Assembly (NCBI GenBank): GCA_041649575.1
Contig: JBAZMW010000003.1
Span: forward strand, 150,001-182,000
Origin: Patescibacteria group bacterium
GTDB taxonomy: Bacteria; Patescibacteriota; Patescibacteriia; 2-01-FULL-39-33
Length of the DNA: 32,000 nt
Direction: 5' to 3'
A program made the translations under genes and the position numbers. Of this stretch, positions 1 to 9,413 are shown one piece after another (positions within the stretch are counted from its first letter, which is position 1; every line of letters starts with the position of its first letter). The notes beneath the pieces are model-generated. The model saw nothing but the letters and a program-made list of their open reading frames with translations. It did no database searches and was not told the DNA's origin.

Positions 1-345
1 GAGCCACAAATCCTGGAAGAAACTTGCCTGGATTGCGGCGCTAAACTAGTCTTGCGCCAAGGACGCTATGGCAGCTTCAAAGGCTGCTCACAATATCCAA
101 AATGCAAATACATCAAAAAGGAGCAAGCCGAGGATTTAAATCTAACTTGCCCGGCTTGTCATGAAGGGAAAATCGTCGCCAAACGCAGCCGTAAGGGAGT
201 TTTTTATGCCTGCGACCGCTATCCTGATTGCCAGACCGCCTTCTGGGGCAAACCTAAGGACGAGAAGTGCTCCAGCTGCGGTTGGCCGCTAGTGGACAGT
301 AAGAATGGAGTTAAGTGTTCCAACAAAGAATGCCAGAACTCTTAA
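1..345 (+). CDS. topA: DNA topoisomerase I, C-terminal zinc-finger repeats (5' truncated by window edge)
   Basis: Frame 1 is open from base 1 (EPQILEETCLDCGAKLVLRQGRYGSFKGCSQYPKCKYIKK...). Repeated CxxC...G.FxxCxxYPxC motifs are typical of the topA C-terminus. Confidence 0.85.
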   Translation, partial: EPQILEETCLDCGAKLVLRQGRYGSFKGCSQYPKCKYIKKEQAEDLNLTCPACHEGKIVAKRSRKGVFYACDRYPDCQTAFWGKPKDEKCSSCGWPLVDSKNGVKCSNKECQNS

Positions 346-354
346 GAAGCTTCT

Positions 355-381
355 CCCCCTGCCGATTGGCAGGGGGTTTTT
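355..381 (+). terminator. Rho-independent terminator after topA
   Basis: CCCCCTGCC-GATT-GGCAGGGGG followed by TTTTT. Confidence 0.85.
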
Positions 382-432
382 GCTTAAAAAGAAGGTTTGA
401 ATTATAATACAAAAACAGAAATTGTATTATTT

Positions 433-1890
433 ATGAACCGGGCGGAAAACGAATTTAATCAGTGGCTAGAGACTTTACAAAAGAGCTATTCGCCAAGCGA
501 ATTAGAATTATTAAGTTTGGCGTATGATTTTGCCCAAGAAGCTCACCGGGGGCAAAAACGCGCTTCCGGAGAAGATTATATTATTCATTGTCTAGCCACA
601 GCGCAAAAATTAGCTGAAATGAATCTGGATTTGTCTACCATTATCGCCGGTCTGCTTCATGACATACCGGAGGATACCAAGCTGACTCTTCAAGATATCG
701 AAAAAAATTTCGGAGCCGAGATTGCCAGACTGGTTGAAGGTATTACCAAGCTTGGCAAAATAAAATACCGCGGCCTGGAACGCTACGCGGAAAACCTGCG
801 CAAAATGTTTGTAGCCATGAGCGATGATATTAGAGTAATCCTGATCAAATTCGCCGACAGATTGCATAATCTGAAAACTCTAGAAGCGCTGGCTCCAGAA
901 AAACAGCTACGCATTGCCAAGGAAACCCTGGAAATCTACGCGCCGATTGCCGATCGATTGAGCATGGGAAAAATAAAAGGAGAACTGGAGGACTTGGCCT
1001 TTAAGTATGTGTACCCCGATGATTATAATTGGATCAGCCAGACTATCCCCAAAGAATACAAAACCAAAGAAACGCGTCTGCAAGAAGTCAAGGAACGGAC
1101 GAGAAAGAAACTGGCGGAACACGAAATTATTTCTGCAGAAATATCAATACAAGGCCGCACCAAACACCTTTACAGCCTTTATCGCAAACTGCTTAAACCG
1201 CATATCAACAAAGACCTGTCCAAAGTTTACGATTTACTGGCCTTGCGCATTATCGTGCCGACCATTTCCGATTGTTATTCGGCTCTAGGAATAGTCCATA
1301 GTCTTTACAGGCCGCTAGTTGGCAGGATAAAAGATTATATTGCCCAACCCAAGCCCAACGGCTACCGCTCACTACATACCACTGTCTTTACCGCCGATGG
1401 AGAAATTGTTGAGTTTCAAATTCGCACCAAGGAAATGCATGAAGAAGCGGAGTTTGGCGTGGCTGCCCATTGGCGCTATAAAGAAAATGGCGGTAAAATT
1501 AATGTTCAAAACATCAAATGGCTGGAAGAGTTGATTAAGTGGCAAAAACAAATCAAAGACGACGAGCAATTTTTACAAACCGTTAAATTTGACATCTTTC
1601 AAAATCGCATTTTCGTCTTCACGCCCAAAGGCGATGTTATTGATTTACCCGAAGGGGCCACGCCAATTGATTTTGCCTATCACCTGCATTCTTGGCTAGG
1701 TAACAAATGCGTTGGCGCCAGAATTAACGATCAAATGGTCAACCTGGGAGCCACTTTAAAAAGCGGGGACATTGTAGAGATAATTACCGACAAAAATCGT
1801 AAAGGCCCCAGCCCGGATTGGCTGGAAACAGTGAAAACCTCCATGGCCAGAAATAAAATACGCTCAGCTTTGAATAAAATTAAAAACTAA
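433..1890 (+). CDS. rel: RelA/SpoT-family (p)ppGpp synthetase/hydrolase (HD + synthetase + TGS), short form
   Basis: HD motif AGLLHDIPEDT, KFADRLHNLKTLEAL, synthetase motif KPNGYRSLHTTVF, TGS region RIFVFTPKGDVIDLPEGATPIDFAYHLHSWLG. ORF opens at 397 (TTG); ATG at 433 is the more likely start. Confidence 0.93.
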   Translation: MNRAENEFNQWLETLQKSYSPSELELLSLAYDFAQEAHRGQKRASGEDYIIHCLATAQKLAEMNLDLSTIIAGLLHDIPEDTKLTLQDIEKNFGAEIARLVEGITKLGKIKYRGLERYAENLRKMFVAMSDDIRVILIKFADRLHNLKTLEALAPEKQLRIAKETLEIYAPIADRLSMGKIKGELEDLAFKYVYPDDYNWISQTIPKEYKTKETRLQEVKERTRKKLAEHEIISAEISIQGRTKHLYSLYRKLLKPHINKDLSKVYDLLALRIIVPTISDCYSALGIVHSLYRPLVGRIKDYIAQPKPNGYRSLHTTVFTADGEIVEFQIRTKEMHEEAEFGVAAHWRYKENGGKINVQNIKWLEELIKWQKQIKDDEQFLQTVKFDIFQNRIFVFTPKGDVIDLPEGATPIDFAYHLHSWLGNKCVGARINDQMVNLGATLKSGDIVEIITDKNRKGPSPDWLETVKTSMARNKIRSALNKIKN

Positions 1891-1892
1891 AA

Positions 1893-1920
1893 AGCCCGCT
1901 GTCGAGGCGGGCTTTTAAAA
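1893..1920. terminator. Hairpin between convergent rel and parB
   Basis: AAAGCCCGC-TGTCGAG-GCGGGCTTT. Confidence 0.7.
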
Positions 1921-1926
1921 AAGGAG

Positions 1927-2808
1927 TTAAATAATTTTTCCTAAAATATCGCTTAGTTCTTCCTCGGAAAAAAACCGAACTATAATCTGTCCCTGCCCGC
2001 CATGTTTTTTTATTTCCACCTTAGTGCCCAGATACTGCTCCAGCGCTTCTTCCTGGGCCTTAAGCTCGGGATCAAAACTCACTCGGCGCAAATGCTTTTT
2101 TATCACCACTTCTTTGGTGGCCTTTTCCGACTCGCGGACATTCCATTTATTGTTAAGAATCTGGTCCAAAATCCCCATCTGGTCTTCCGAGGGCAAGGCC
2201 ACCAAAGCACGAGCATGGCCGGCAGTGATTTTGCCACTGATAATCGCTTCCTTGACCTCGGTTCTGGCGCCTAAAATCCTCAAGGTGTTGGACACGGCTG
2301 GCCGGCTCTTGCCGACTCTTCTGGCCAATTGATGTTGGCTAAGATTAAATTGGTCGATTAATTTTTGGTAAGCTTTAGCCACCTCCAGAGCATTGAGATC
2401 CTCGCGCTGTAGGTTTTCGATTAATGCTAATTCCAATCTTTTTTGCTCACTTAAGTCGCGCACTATGGCTGGCACGGTTTCTAATCCCAATTTTTTGGCT
2501 GCCCGCCATCTTCTTTCGCCGGCTATTAATTGCCAGTGATCTTCACCGATTTTAGTGACAATTAGTGGCTGAATAATGCCATGCTCTTTTATTGACTGGC
2601 TTAATTCTTCCAGCGACTCTTCATTAAAACTATCACGCGGCTGATGTGGATTGGGCGAAATTTTGACAACCGGCAAAGCCAATACCTTTTCCGTTTCTTC
2701 CAAAACAGCGGCCACTCCCTGATAGCCAGCGGCTTCGTCTGAAATTTTATTTTTCTTGCTGGGGATCAGTGAACTTAGACCTCTGCCCAGCCCGGACGGC
2801 TTTTGCAT
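1927..2808 (-). CDS. parB: ParB/Spo0J chromosome partitioning protein
   Basis: GLGRGLSSLIP start, ISPNPHQPRDSFNEESLEELSQSIKEHGIIQPL, GERRWRAAKKLG, HTH NLSQHQLARRVGKSRPAVSNTLRIL. Confidence 0.95.
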   Translation of the reverse strand: MQKPSGLGRGLSSLIPSKKNKISDEAAGYQGVAAVLEETEKVLALPVVKISPNPHQPRDSFNEESLEELSQSIKEHGIIQPLIVTKIGEDHWQLIAGERRWRAAKKLGLETVPAIVRDLSEQKRLELALIENLQREDLNALEVAKAYQKLIDQFNLSQHQLARRVGKSRPAVSNTLRILGARTEVKEAIISGKITAGHARALVALPSEDQMGILDQILNNKWNVRESEKATKEVVIKKHLRRVSFDPELKAQEEALEQYLGTKVEIKKHGGQGQIIVRFFSEEELSDILGKII

Positions 2809-2826
2809 AAATGATTTAAAAAATAA

Positions 2827-3594
2827 TTAATAAGAACTGGTGTAATCCAAAAACTCCCTGGCCAGACGTTCATAGGATTTACCGCCCTTAGACTTGGGAT
2901 CATAGCCCAAAATAGTTTGGCCGTAACTCGGCGCTTCAGACAGACGAATACTCCTGGGAATAACCGAGCGAAAAATCTTGCCGGGAAAATGGCGATATAA
3001 TTCGGTCAGGATATCGTTGGACAATTTAAAGCGTTTGTCATACATGGTCAAAACTGCGCCCAGAATTCCCAACTCCGGCTTGATGTTCTCTCTAATTAAA
3101 TCGATGGTTGACATTAGTTGCCCCAGGCCTTCCAAAGAGAAATATTCTGCCTGGACCGGAATTAGAACCTGGTCACAAGCCACCAAACCGTTAATAGTTA
3201 ACAGCCCTAAAGACGGCGGGCAATCGATAAGAATATAATCAAAATCATTTCTGACTTCTAGTAAATTGTCATGCAGACGAAACTCCCGCCTTTCCAAATT
3301 TACTAATTCCACATTAGCCCCAGCCAAGGAGATGGTTGAAGGGGCAAGTTTATAAAACTCATGCTGGGTATCGACTAAAATATCACGAAAAGAATAGGGG
3401 CCAGTCAAGACTTCGTAAACACCCTTATCCAAGTTACGCGAGACACCCAAATTGGAAGTGGCATTGCTCTGCGGATCCAAATCCACCACTAAAACAAATT
3501 TTCCTAATCTGCTTAAATAGGCGGCGAGATTAACGGAGGTGGTGGTCTTGCCTACCCCACCTTTTTGATTGACGACCGAAATAATTTGTCCCAT
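2827..3594 (-). CDS. parA: ParA/Soj-family ATPase
   Basis: Deviant Walker A NQKGGVGKTTTSVNLAAYL, LVVDLDPQSNATSNLG, IDCPPSLGLLTINGL. Confidence 0.95.
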   Translation of the reverse strand: MGQIISVVNQKGGVGKTTTSVNLAAYLSRLGKFVLVVDLDPQSNATSNLGVSRNLDKGVYEVLTGPYSFRDILVDTQHEFYKLAPSTISLAGANVELVNLERREFRLHDNLLEVRNDFDYILIDCPPSLGLLTINGLVACDQVLIPVQAEYFSLEGLGQLMSTIDLIRENIKPELGILGAVLTMYDKRFKLSNDILTELYRHFPGKIFRSVIPRSIRLSEAPSYGQTILGYDPKSKGGKSYERLAREFLDYTSSY

Positions 3595-3707
3595 ATTAAA
3601 TATATTATACTAAAAATCCCGCTACTAAACAAATAAATTGAGTAAAAAATCCAACAAATATTGCTAAAAAAATAATTATGTGTTAAAATGAGATGGTTAA
3701 TAAATGA

Positions 3708-3781
3708 CGCGGGGTAGAGCAGTCTGGCAGCTCGTCGGGCCCATAACCCGAAGGTCGCTGGTTCAAATCCAGCCCCCGCAA
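3708..3781 (+). tRNA. Initiator tRNA-fMet (CAU); CCA not encoded
   Basis: CGCGGGG/CCCCGCA acceptor with C1:A72 mismatch, three G:C pairs in anticodon stem (TCGGG/CCCGA), T-arm GCTGG-TTCAAAT-CCAGC, anticodon CAT at 3742-3744. Confidence 0.93.
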
Positions 3782-3875
3782 CAAGAAATAGCATATAGCT
3801 TATAATTTATAGCATATAACTTACGGCGCTCCTGATTTAATATATGCCTTAAGTTAAAAAGCTATATGCCATCTT

Positions 3876-3947
<72 letters not shown>

Positions 3948-3960
3948 CTACTTGCTACCT

Positions 3961-4044
3961 GCCGAAGTGGCGGAATTGGTAGACGCGCACGACTCAAAAT
4001 CGTGTGGTCGTAAGACCATGAGGGTTCGATTCCCTCCTTCGGCA
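3961..4044 (+). tRNA. tRNA-Leu (CAA), long variable arm
   Basis: GCCGAAG/CTTCGGC acceptor, anticodon arm CACGA-CTCAAAA-TCGTG, variable arm, T-arm GAGGG-TTCGATT-CCCTC. Confidence 0.93.
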
Positions 4045-4082
4045 AAATCGGTTAAACTTTTCATCTTAAATTATTTTTACAC

Positions 4083-4574
4083 ATGTTTATTACCGTTCAT
4101 GCGGCAGCAGCTGCCATCTTGGGCCGTCAAGCGGCAAATCCGGTTATCGCCTTTATTTTGGGACTAATTTCCCATTTTGTTTTGGATGCGATTCCTCACG
4201 GCGATGAGCATTTGGGTAAAAAATTCCTGGGTTTTGGCATTAAAGAAAAAGAGGATTTCCGCATCATGGCCCTTTATGGTAGTATTGATAGTTTTTTCTT
4301 GGCGGTGTTTTTGATTTTTTTATTCAAAAATTTTGAATTTAACAATAACGGCGACAATATCGCCTGGGCCATAGTCGGTGGCATTCTGCCAGATATTCTA
4401 GTGGCGATTTATAAGTTAAAAAACTTTAAACTGCTTAGATGGTTCTCTAACCTACACATGAGAAATCATCGGTTGATAATTAAAGAAACTGCCGCCGACA
4501 TTCCTTTGAAATATGGAGTTTTAATGCAAGTGTGTTTTTTAATCGCCCTGATCTGGTTAATTTACTTCATCTAA
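4083..4574 (+). CDS. Conserved hypothetical multi-pass membrane protein with His/Asp-rich motif
   Basis: 163-aa ORF, hydrophobic segments, motif GLISHFVLDAIPHGDEH, followed by a strong terminator. Confidence 0.75.
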   Translation: MFITVHAAAAAILGRQAANPVIAFILGLISHFVLDAIPHGDEHLGKKFLGFGIKEKEDFRIMALYGSIDSFFLAVFLIFLFKNFEFNNNGDNIAWAIVGGILPDILVAIYKLKNFKLLRWFSNLHMRNHRLIIKETAADIPLKYGVLMQVCFLIALIWLIYFI

Positions 4575-4581
4575 ATATCTT

Positions 4582-4619
4582 AAATAAAACCCTCCCGACA
4601 CGTCGGGAGGGTTTTATTT
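4582..4619. terminator. Bidirectional terminator between convergent genes
   Basis: AAATAAAACCCTCCCGAC-AC-GTCGGGAGGGTTTTATTT, 18-nt perfect inverted repeat. Confidence 0.9.
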
Positions 4620-4645
4620 CTTTTATACCACCAGGCTGACCACCG

Positions 4646-5959
4646 CTAAGAGACGGAGTTGGACTTATTGGCTTTGGCGGCCACCGCCTCATAAACAGCC
4701 AGAGTTTCCTCTGCACACTTCTTCCAGTTGAATTCTTTGGCTCGCTCTTGGCCGTTAACGGCCAAGGATTCTCTAAGACCACTGTCGGTAAAAATTTGCT
4801 GCAGAGCATCGGCGATTTCTGATTCTTTATTCGGATTGACCAATAATGCATTATCTTCGCCGGCCACTTCAGGCAAGGAACTAACATTAGAAGTGATTAC
4901 CGGCACGCCCAGCGACATCGCCTCCAGGATCGGCAGGCCAAAGCCCTCATAAAGACTGGGGAAAACAAAACAGGTTGCGTGTTTTAAAATTAAAATCTTT
5001 TCGCAATAAGAAATATAACCTAAGTGTTTGATTGGCTGGCCAAAACGACGGTCGAAATCATGACGCCGTTCGCCTTGTTTGCCTTTCTTGGCCTCACTTC
5101 TAATGTCAAAACCGCTTCGTCTTTCTTTGCCGCTCCGACGTTTTTTTTGTCCTATAATACTGGCATTGGCATCAGCTATCGCTTCAAAAATTCCCTCATT
5201 GCTCCAACCGGAAGCGCCAGCGATAATCAACTGACAATCTTTGATCGGTGAATCATAAACCAGTTTTAAGTTACGGAAAGCCTTCACCAGGTTAATCAGA
5301 TTTTTGCGCGGCTCAATGGTGCCAACAAACAAAACGTAATTATCGGTTAGCCCGTATTTTTTCTTGAGATTTTTAAACTCACCGTCACCAGGGCAATCCT
5401 TACTGTCAATTGTCACTCCATTATAAACCACCTCTATCTTATTTTCTTCGATACCGAATTCCTCTATAATATCTCTTTTGGTATTCTTGGAAATAGCGAT
5501 AATCTTTTCGGCCCTGGTTAATGAGCTGGGCACTAAAACTTTTGTGGCAAAAGTCTGCCGATTGAGAAAAGTGGAAGGGAAAAATCTGGGATATTTATAA
5601 ATAGCCAAATCATGAACCGTGACCACTGAAGGACGCTTGTAAAGTAGTGGGGTGGTATTGGCCGGCGAATGGAAAACATCCAGTCTTTCACGACTCAAAA
5701 AGGCGCTGATGAGCATTTGAGAATAGGCCAGCGGTAAATATTTTTTGTATTGATAGAAAGGGAAAAATCTTATTTCGACGTTTTTGTAATTTTTAAACTC
5801 ATTAACACCCCTGAAGCGCTTGTCAAAAAATAAAACAAAAACATGATCCTGACCGAGATCAATCAGATTTTTTACCAGGAAGTGAGTGTAGTGGCCGACA
5901 CCGGCCGCTTCTCCCGCTCCAGGACTTAGGATTGTCCGACAATCGATGCCGATGCGCAT
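4646..5959 (-). CDS. Glycosyltransferase family 1/4 (GT-B fold)
   Basis: MRIGIDCRTI...GVGHYTHFLVKNL, YVLFVGTIEPRKNLINLVKAF, FVFPSLYEGFGLPILEAMSLGVPVITSNVSSLPEVAGEDNALLVNP. Confidence 0.93.
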   Translation of the reverse strand: MRIGIDCRTILSPGAGEAAGVGHYTHFLVKNLIDLGQDHVFVLFFDKRFRGVNEFKNYKNVEIRFFPFYQYKKYLPLAYSQMLISAFLSRERLDVFHSPANTTPLLYKRPSVVTVHDLAIYKYPRFFPSTFLNRQTFATKVLVPSSLTRAEKIIAISKNTKRDIIEEFGIEENKIEVVYNGVTIDSKDCPGDGEFKNLKKKYGLTDNYVLFVGTIEPRKNLINLVKAFRNLKLVYDSPIKDCQLIIAGASGWSNEGIFEAIADANASIIGQKKRRSGKERRSGFDIRSEAKKGKQGERRHDFDRRFGQPIKHLGYISYCEKILILKHATCFVFPSLYEGFGLPILEAMSLGVPVITSNVSSLPEVAGEDNALLVNPNKESEIADALQQIFTDSGLRESLAVNGQERAKEFNWKKCAEETLAVYEAVAAKANKSNSVS

Positions 5960-5964
5960 AAAGC

Positions 5965-7227
5965 TTAGAAAGAATTGATAATACTCTTAAAATTTTTGTC
6001 TTGTTTGAAGGGTCCGATGACAGCCAAATTAATTTTTTTAAAATCAATTATCTCCTTGGCGGTTTTCTTTATTTGTTCCAAAGAAACCTGACGAAATTTG
6101 GCGATTTTTTCTTCCGGCGCAAGTAGTTTGCCGGTCATCAGTTCCTGTTGGCCAAACCATTGGGCTAAAGGCAACGGATCTTCCAGCTCCAATAGAATTT
6201 TACCGGCTAAATATTCTTTGGCCCGATTCAACTCTTCTGCTTTGATGTCTTTTTTTATTTTTTTTAGCTCTGTTAAAATCAATCTTAAAGCCTGCTCTAT
6301 TCTTATTTTATCCAAGCCGGCTTGAATGATCAGAGAGCCGGTATCCTGATAAAAATTAGGCCAAGCACGAACAAAATAGGCCAACCCCTGTCGCTCCCGA
6401 ACTTGCAAAAACAAACGAGAGCTCATATTGCCGCCCAAAATTACCGACAACAGCTGCAAGGCATAGATTGAACGATGGAAATAAGAATAAGCGGGAAAAG
6501 CCAAGGCCAGTTGAACTTGCTCGGTTTCTTTGAAATAAACCTTCAATCGTGACTGTTTTTGCCCTGAGTTGAAGGGTAAAAACTTTTTTGCCACCTTAGC
6601 GGCAGAAAAATTAATTTTTTTCTCTATTTCTTTAAGGTGCCGTTGGGAAAAACAACCAGCCAAAGCTATGACCATGTTTTGACCGCAATAGAGCTGATGA
6701 TAATAATCAGTGATTCTGGAGGGGGTAATTTTTTTGATAATTTCCTTGGTGCCAGCTACTGAATAACCCAGAGGGTTACCAGAAAACACCAAACCTTCTA
6801 CCAACTCTTCGACATACAACAGGGGGTTGTCTTGATACATGTTGATTTCTTCCATGATCACCTGTTTTTCCCGCTCGATTTCTGAATGGTCAAAGAGTGA
6901 GTTAAGCAACATGTCGGAGAGAATCTCGATCGCCAAGGACAAATGCCGACCATCGGCTTTGATATAATAGCCTGTATAATCCTTACCGGTAAAAGCGTTA
7001 TATTCAGCGCCCACGCCGTCTAATTCTTTGGCTAATAATAGCGTTTGCGGTCTTTTTTTGGTGCCTTTAAACATCAGGTGCTCGACAAAATGAGAAACGC
7101 CGTTATTGGCTTTGTTTTCATAACGAGAGCCAGCACCAATCATCACCAATAGAGCGGCAGTCTTGGCCTGAGGCAGAGGCAAAGCAATCAAGCGGGCTTT
7201 ATTTTTTAAAACCGTCTTCAAAAACAT
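5965..7227 (-). CDS. M16-family zinc metallopeptidase (processing-peptidase/PqqL-like)
   Basis: HxxEH motif in NGVSHFVEHLMFKGTKKR, plus NAFTGKDYTGYY and GGNMSSRLFLQVRERQGLAY. Confidence 0.93.
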   Translation of the reverse strand: MFLKTVLKNKARLIALPLPQAKTAALLVMIGAGSRYENKANNGVSHFVEHLMFKGTKKRPQTLLLAKELDGVGAEYNAFTGKDYTGYYIKADGRHLSLAIEILSDMLLNSLFDHSEIEREKQVIMEEINMYQDNPLLYVEELVEGLVFSGNPLGYSVAGTKEIIKKITPSRITDYYHQLYCGQNMVIALAGCFSQRHLKEIEKKINFSAAKVAKKFLPFNSGQKQSRLKVYFKETEQVQLALAFPAYSYFHRSIYALQLLSVILGGNMSSRLFLQVRERQGLAYFVRAWPNFYQDTGSLIIQAGLDKIRIEQALRLILTELKKIKKDIKAEELNRAKEYLAGKILLELEDPLPLAQWFGQQELMTGKLLAPEEKIAKFRQVSLEQIKKTAKEIIDFKKINLAVIGPFKQDKNFKSIINSF

Positions 7228-7229
7228 AG

Positions 7230-8552
7230 CTACTTTTCTAAATTTTTTCTAAGGTAGTCAACCAAATCCTTTTCGGATACTCTAGTCTGCTCCATGCTAT
7301 CGCGGTCGCGGACAGTGACTGTCCCCTTTTCCAACGTGTCAAAATCAACAGTGATGCAATAGGGTGTACCAATTTCATCTTGATAACGATAACGTTTACC
7401 GATATTGCCGCGATCATCAAAAAAAACATAAAAATTATTTTTCAACTTTTCATAAATCTCCCGCGCTTTTTTAACTAAATCCGGTTTGTTTTTCAGTAGT
7501 GGGAAAACCGCTGCTTTGTAAGGCGCCAGGGCCGGCTTAAACTTCAAAACCACGCGAGTCTCGCCACCGGCCAATTTTTCTTCTTGGTAAGCTTCGCCTA
7601 AAACGGCCAGCACTGTACGATCGACCCCAAAAGTAGGTTCGATTACATGGGCCAAATATTTCCGGCCCTCCTCTTCGGAAAAATATTCCAAATTCTCGCC
7701 GGAATATCCCTGATGCCGAGACAGGTCATAATCGGTGCGGTAGGCAATCGCCCACAACTCGTCCTGACCAAAAGGAAAGTCGTACTCTAAATCTATGGTG
7801 CGCTTGGAATAGAAAGCCCTCTCCTCGGCGGGAATTTCATGATTAAACATTTTTTTCTTATCCAGACCTATTTCTGCCATAAAACCGTACATCGACTGCA
7901 ACCATTCCTCAAAAATATTATTCCAAGCGCTAAAAGGAGAAATAAAATATTCAATTTCCATCTGTTCAAACTCAAAAGTACGAAAGATGAAATTGCCAGT
8001 GGTAATTTCGTTTCTAAAAGCCTTGCCGATCTGACCGATACCGAAGGGAATTTTTTTGTTGGTTGAGTTTAAAACGTTTTTATAATCGGCAAAAATAGCT
8101 TGAGCCGTCTCGGGACGAAGATAGACCGTCAACCCCTCTTCTTCTACGGCGCCAATGGTGGTTTTAAACAAACCACTAAATCTCTTTTCCGCCGTAAATT
8201 GTCCGCCGCAATTAGGGCACTTGGTGGCGTTGTCTAACTTATCGGGACGAAAACGCTGATGACACTTTTTGCACTCTACCAGAGGATCGGTGAAGTTGGC
8301 CACATGACCAGAGGCCTCCCAGACTTTTGGACTCAAGATGATACCGCCGTCGATTCCCGTCATATCTTCACGATCCTGAATAAAATACTTCCACCAGGAC
8401 TTTTTGATGTTATTTTTCAATTCGACTCCCAAGGGGCCGTAATCGTAAGCACTGGCCAGACCGCCGTAAATTTCGGAGTTAGGAAAAACAAAACCACGCC
8501 TTTTGCATAAAGCGACAATCTTATCCATTAAATCATTTTTATTTTTGGCCAT
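7230..8552 (-). CDS. glyS: Glycyl-tRNA synthetase, class II alpha2 type
   Basis: KRRGFVFPNSEIYGGLASAYDYGPLGVELKNN, YLRPETAQAIFADYKNV, FRNEITTGNFIFRTFEFEQMEIEYF. ORF opens at 8606; MAKNKND start at 8552 preferred. Confidence 0.95.
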   Translation of the reverse strand: MAKNKNDLMDKIVALCKRRGFVFPNSEIYGGLASAYDYGPLGVELKNNIKKSWWKYFIQDREDMTGIDGGIILSPKVWEASGHVANFTDPLVECKKCHQRFRPDKLDNATKCPNCGGQFTAEKRFSGLFKTTIGAVEEEGLTVYLRPETAQAIFADYKNVLNSTNKKIPFGIGQIGKAFRNEITTGNFIFRTFEFEQMEIEYFISPFSAWNNIFEEWLQSMYGFMAEIGLDKKKMFNHEIPAEERAFYSKRTIDLEYDFPFGQDELWAIAYRTDYDLSRHQGYSGENLEYFSEEEGRKYLAHVIEPTFGVDRTVLAVLGEAYQEEKLAGGETRVVLKFKPALAPYKAAVFPLLKNKPDLVKKAREIYEKLKNNFYVFFDDRGNIGKRYRYQDEIGTPYCITVDFDTLEKGTVTVRDRDSMEQTRVSEKDLVDYLRKNLEK

Positions 8553-8671
8553 AGAATTTAAAATTAATTGAAGTTTTTTATTCAAACCACTTGGCCTGCC
8601 GCTCATTGGCAGAATAAAGGAAATTGTTGTTTGATTTTAACTTAAAAAACAATTTCTGGCAACTCCGGCCT

Positions 8672-9325
8672 TTATTTAGAAAAAAGCTTCTCAATCGCTC
8701 CGGCCACATCGCCAGGAACCGCGGTATCAGCTGCGGCGGGATAACTTTTGGACCTTACAAAACTCTGCCAAAGAGTGGTTATTTTTTCATCAGAAATACT
8801 CAAGCCAGGACTATTTTTTACGGCCAAGCCAAAGCTGATAGGCAGGCTGTAAACCTGGCTGATAAGGGTTAGGGTTTTGTGTCCGGCTAGCAGTTTCTTT
8901 TGTTGGAGATCAAAGGCCAGGCCACTAGTTGAACCTTGCCTATAATAAGGAATGAGTGAAACGGCCAATAGATAAAAAATCGCCCAGCAAGAGATGAAGA
9001 CGGCCAAGACTAAACCGATTATAAAATCAAAAACTTCGCCGCCATTTCGCTTTTGATAATGCGGTAATCTCCGAATCCACTTGGCGTCTTGATGGTGAGG
9101 CTCAACCTCTTGTTCTAACTGTTTTTTGATTTTGTTTTTGAAATCTTCCCACCAGGAAACCGTGGTCAGCCAATCATCGCCGAATTTGAAAGCTTTTAAT
9201 TTACCGCCGCGAGCGGCTGCGGTTAAGTAGTCCAGACTGTAAATGCCATCTTCGGCAATAACCGAAAGCGGCCAATATTTTTGGCCGGCCAAGCTAACGG
9301 CTCGATTATCGTTTTTAAAACCCAT
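8672..9325 (-). CDS. Hypothetical membrane protein with N-terminal HTH-like segment
   Basis: 217-aa ORF: DGIYSLDYLTAAARGGKLKAFKFGDDWLTT, then TM VFDFIIGLVLAVFISCWAIFYLLAVSLI. Confidence 0.7.
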   Translation of the reverse strand: MGFKNDNRAVSLAGQKYWPLSVIAEDGIYSLDYLTAAARGGKLKAFKFGDDWLTTVSWWEDFKNKIKKQLEQEVEPHHQDAKWIRRLPHYQKRNGGEVFDFIIGLVLAVFISCWAIFYLLAVSLIPYYRQGSTSGLAFDLQQKKLLAGHKTLTLISQVYSLPISFGLAVKNSPGLSISDEKITTLWQSFVRSKSYPAAADTAVPGDVAGAIEKLFSK

Positions 9326-9413
9326 TGATTAATTTTATCGTTTTAATTATACCATAAAATCCAAACAAAAACAGAGGTTGAACTAACCCCTGTTTTTGTT
9401 TTTTATCCTCCAA

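Noticed and set aside
1927-3700. parS site near parAB
   Set aside because: I looked for a TGTTTCACGTGAAACA-like sequence by eye and did not find a convincing one in this window.
3552-3794. Minus-strand ORF MLFLVAGAGFEPATFGLWARRAARLL...
   Set aside because: Antisense translation of the initiator tRNA region; the 'GAGFEPATFG' peptide is a known type of tRNA-antisense artefact.
3952-4167. Plus-strand ORF MLPAEVAELVDAHDSKSCGRKTMRVRFPPSAK
   Set aside because: Reads through the tRNA-Leu gene; classic spurious tRNA-derived ORF.
4567-4887. Minus-strand 106-aa ORF
   Set aside because: Out-of-frame overlap with the 3' end of the glycosyltransferase gene and the terminator.
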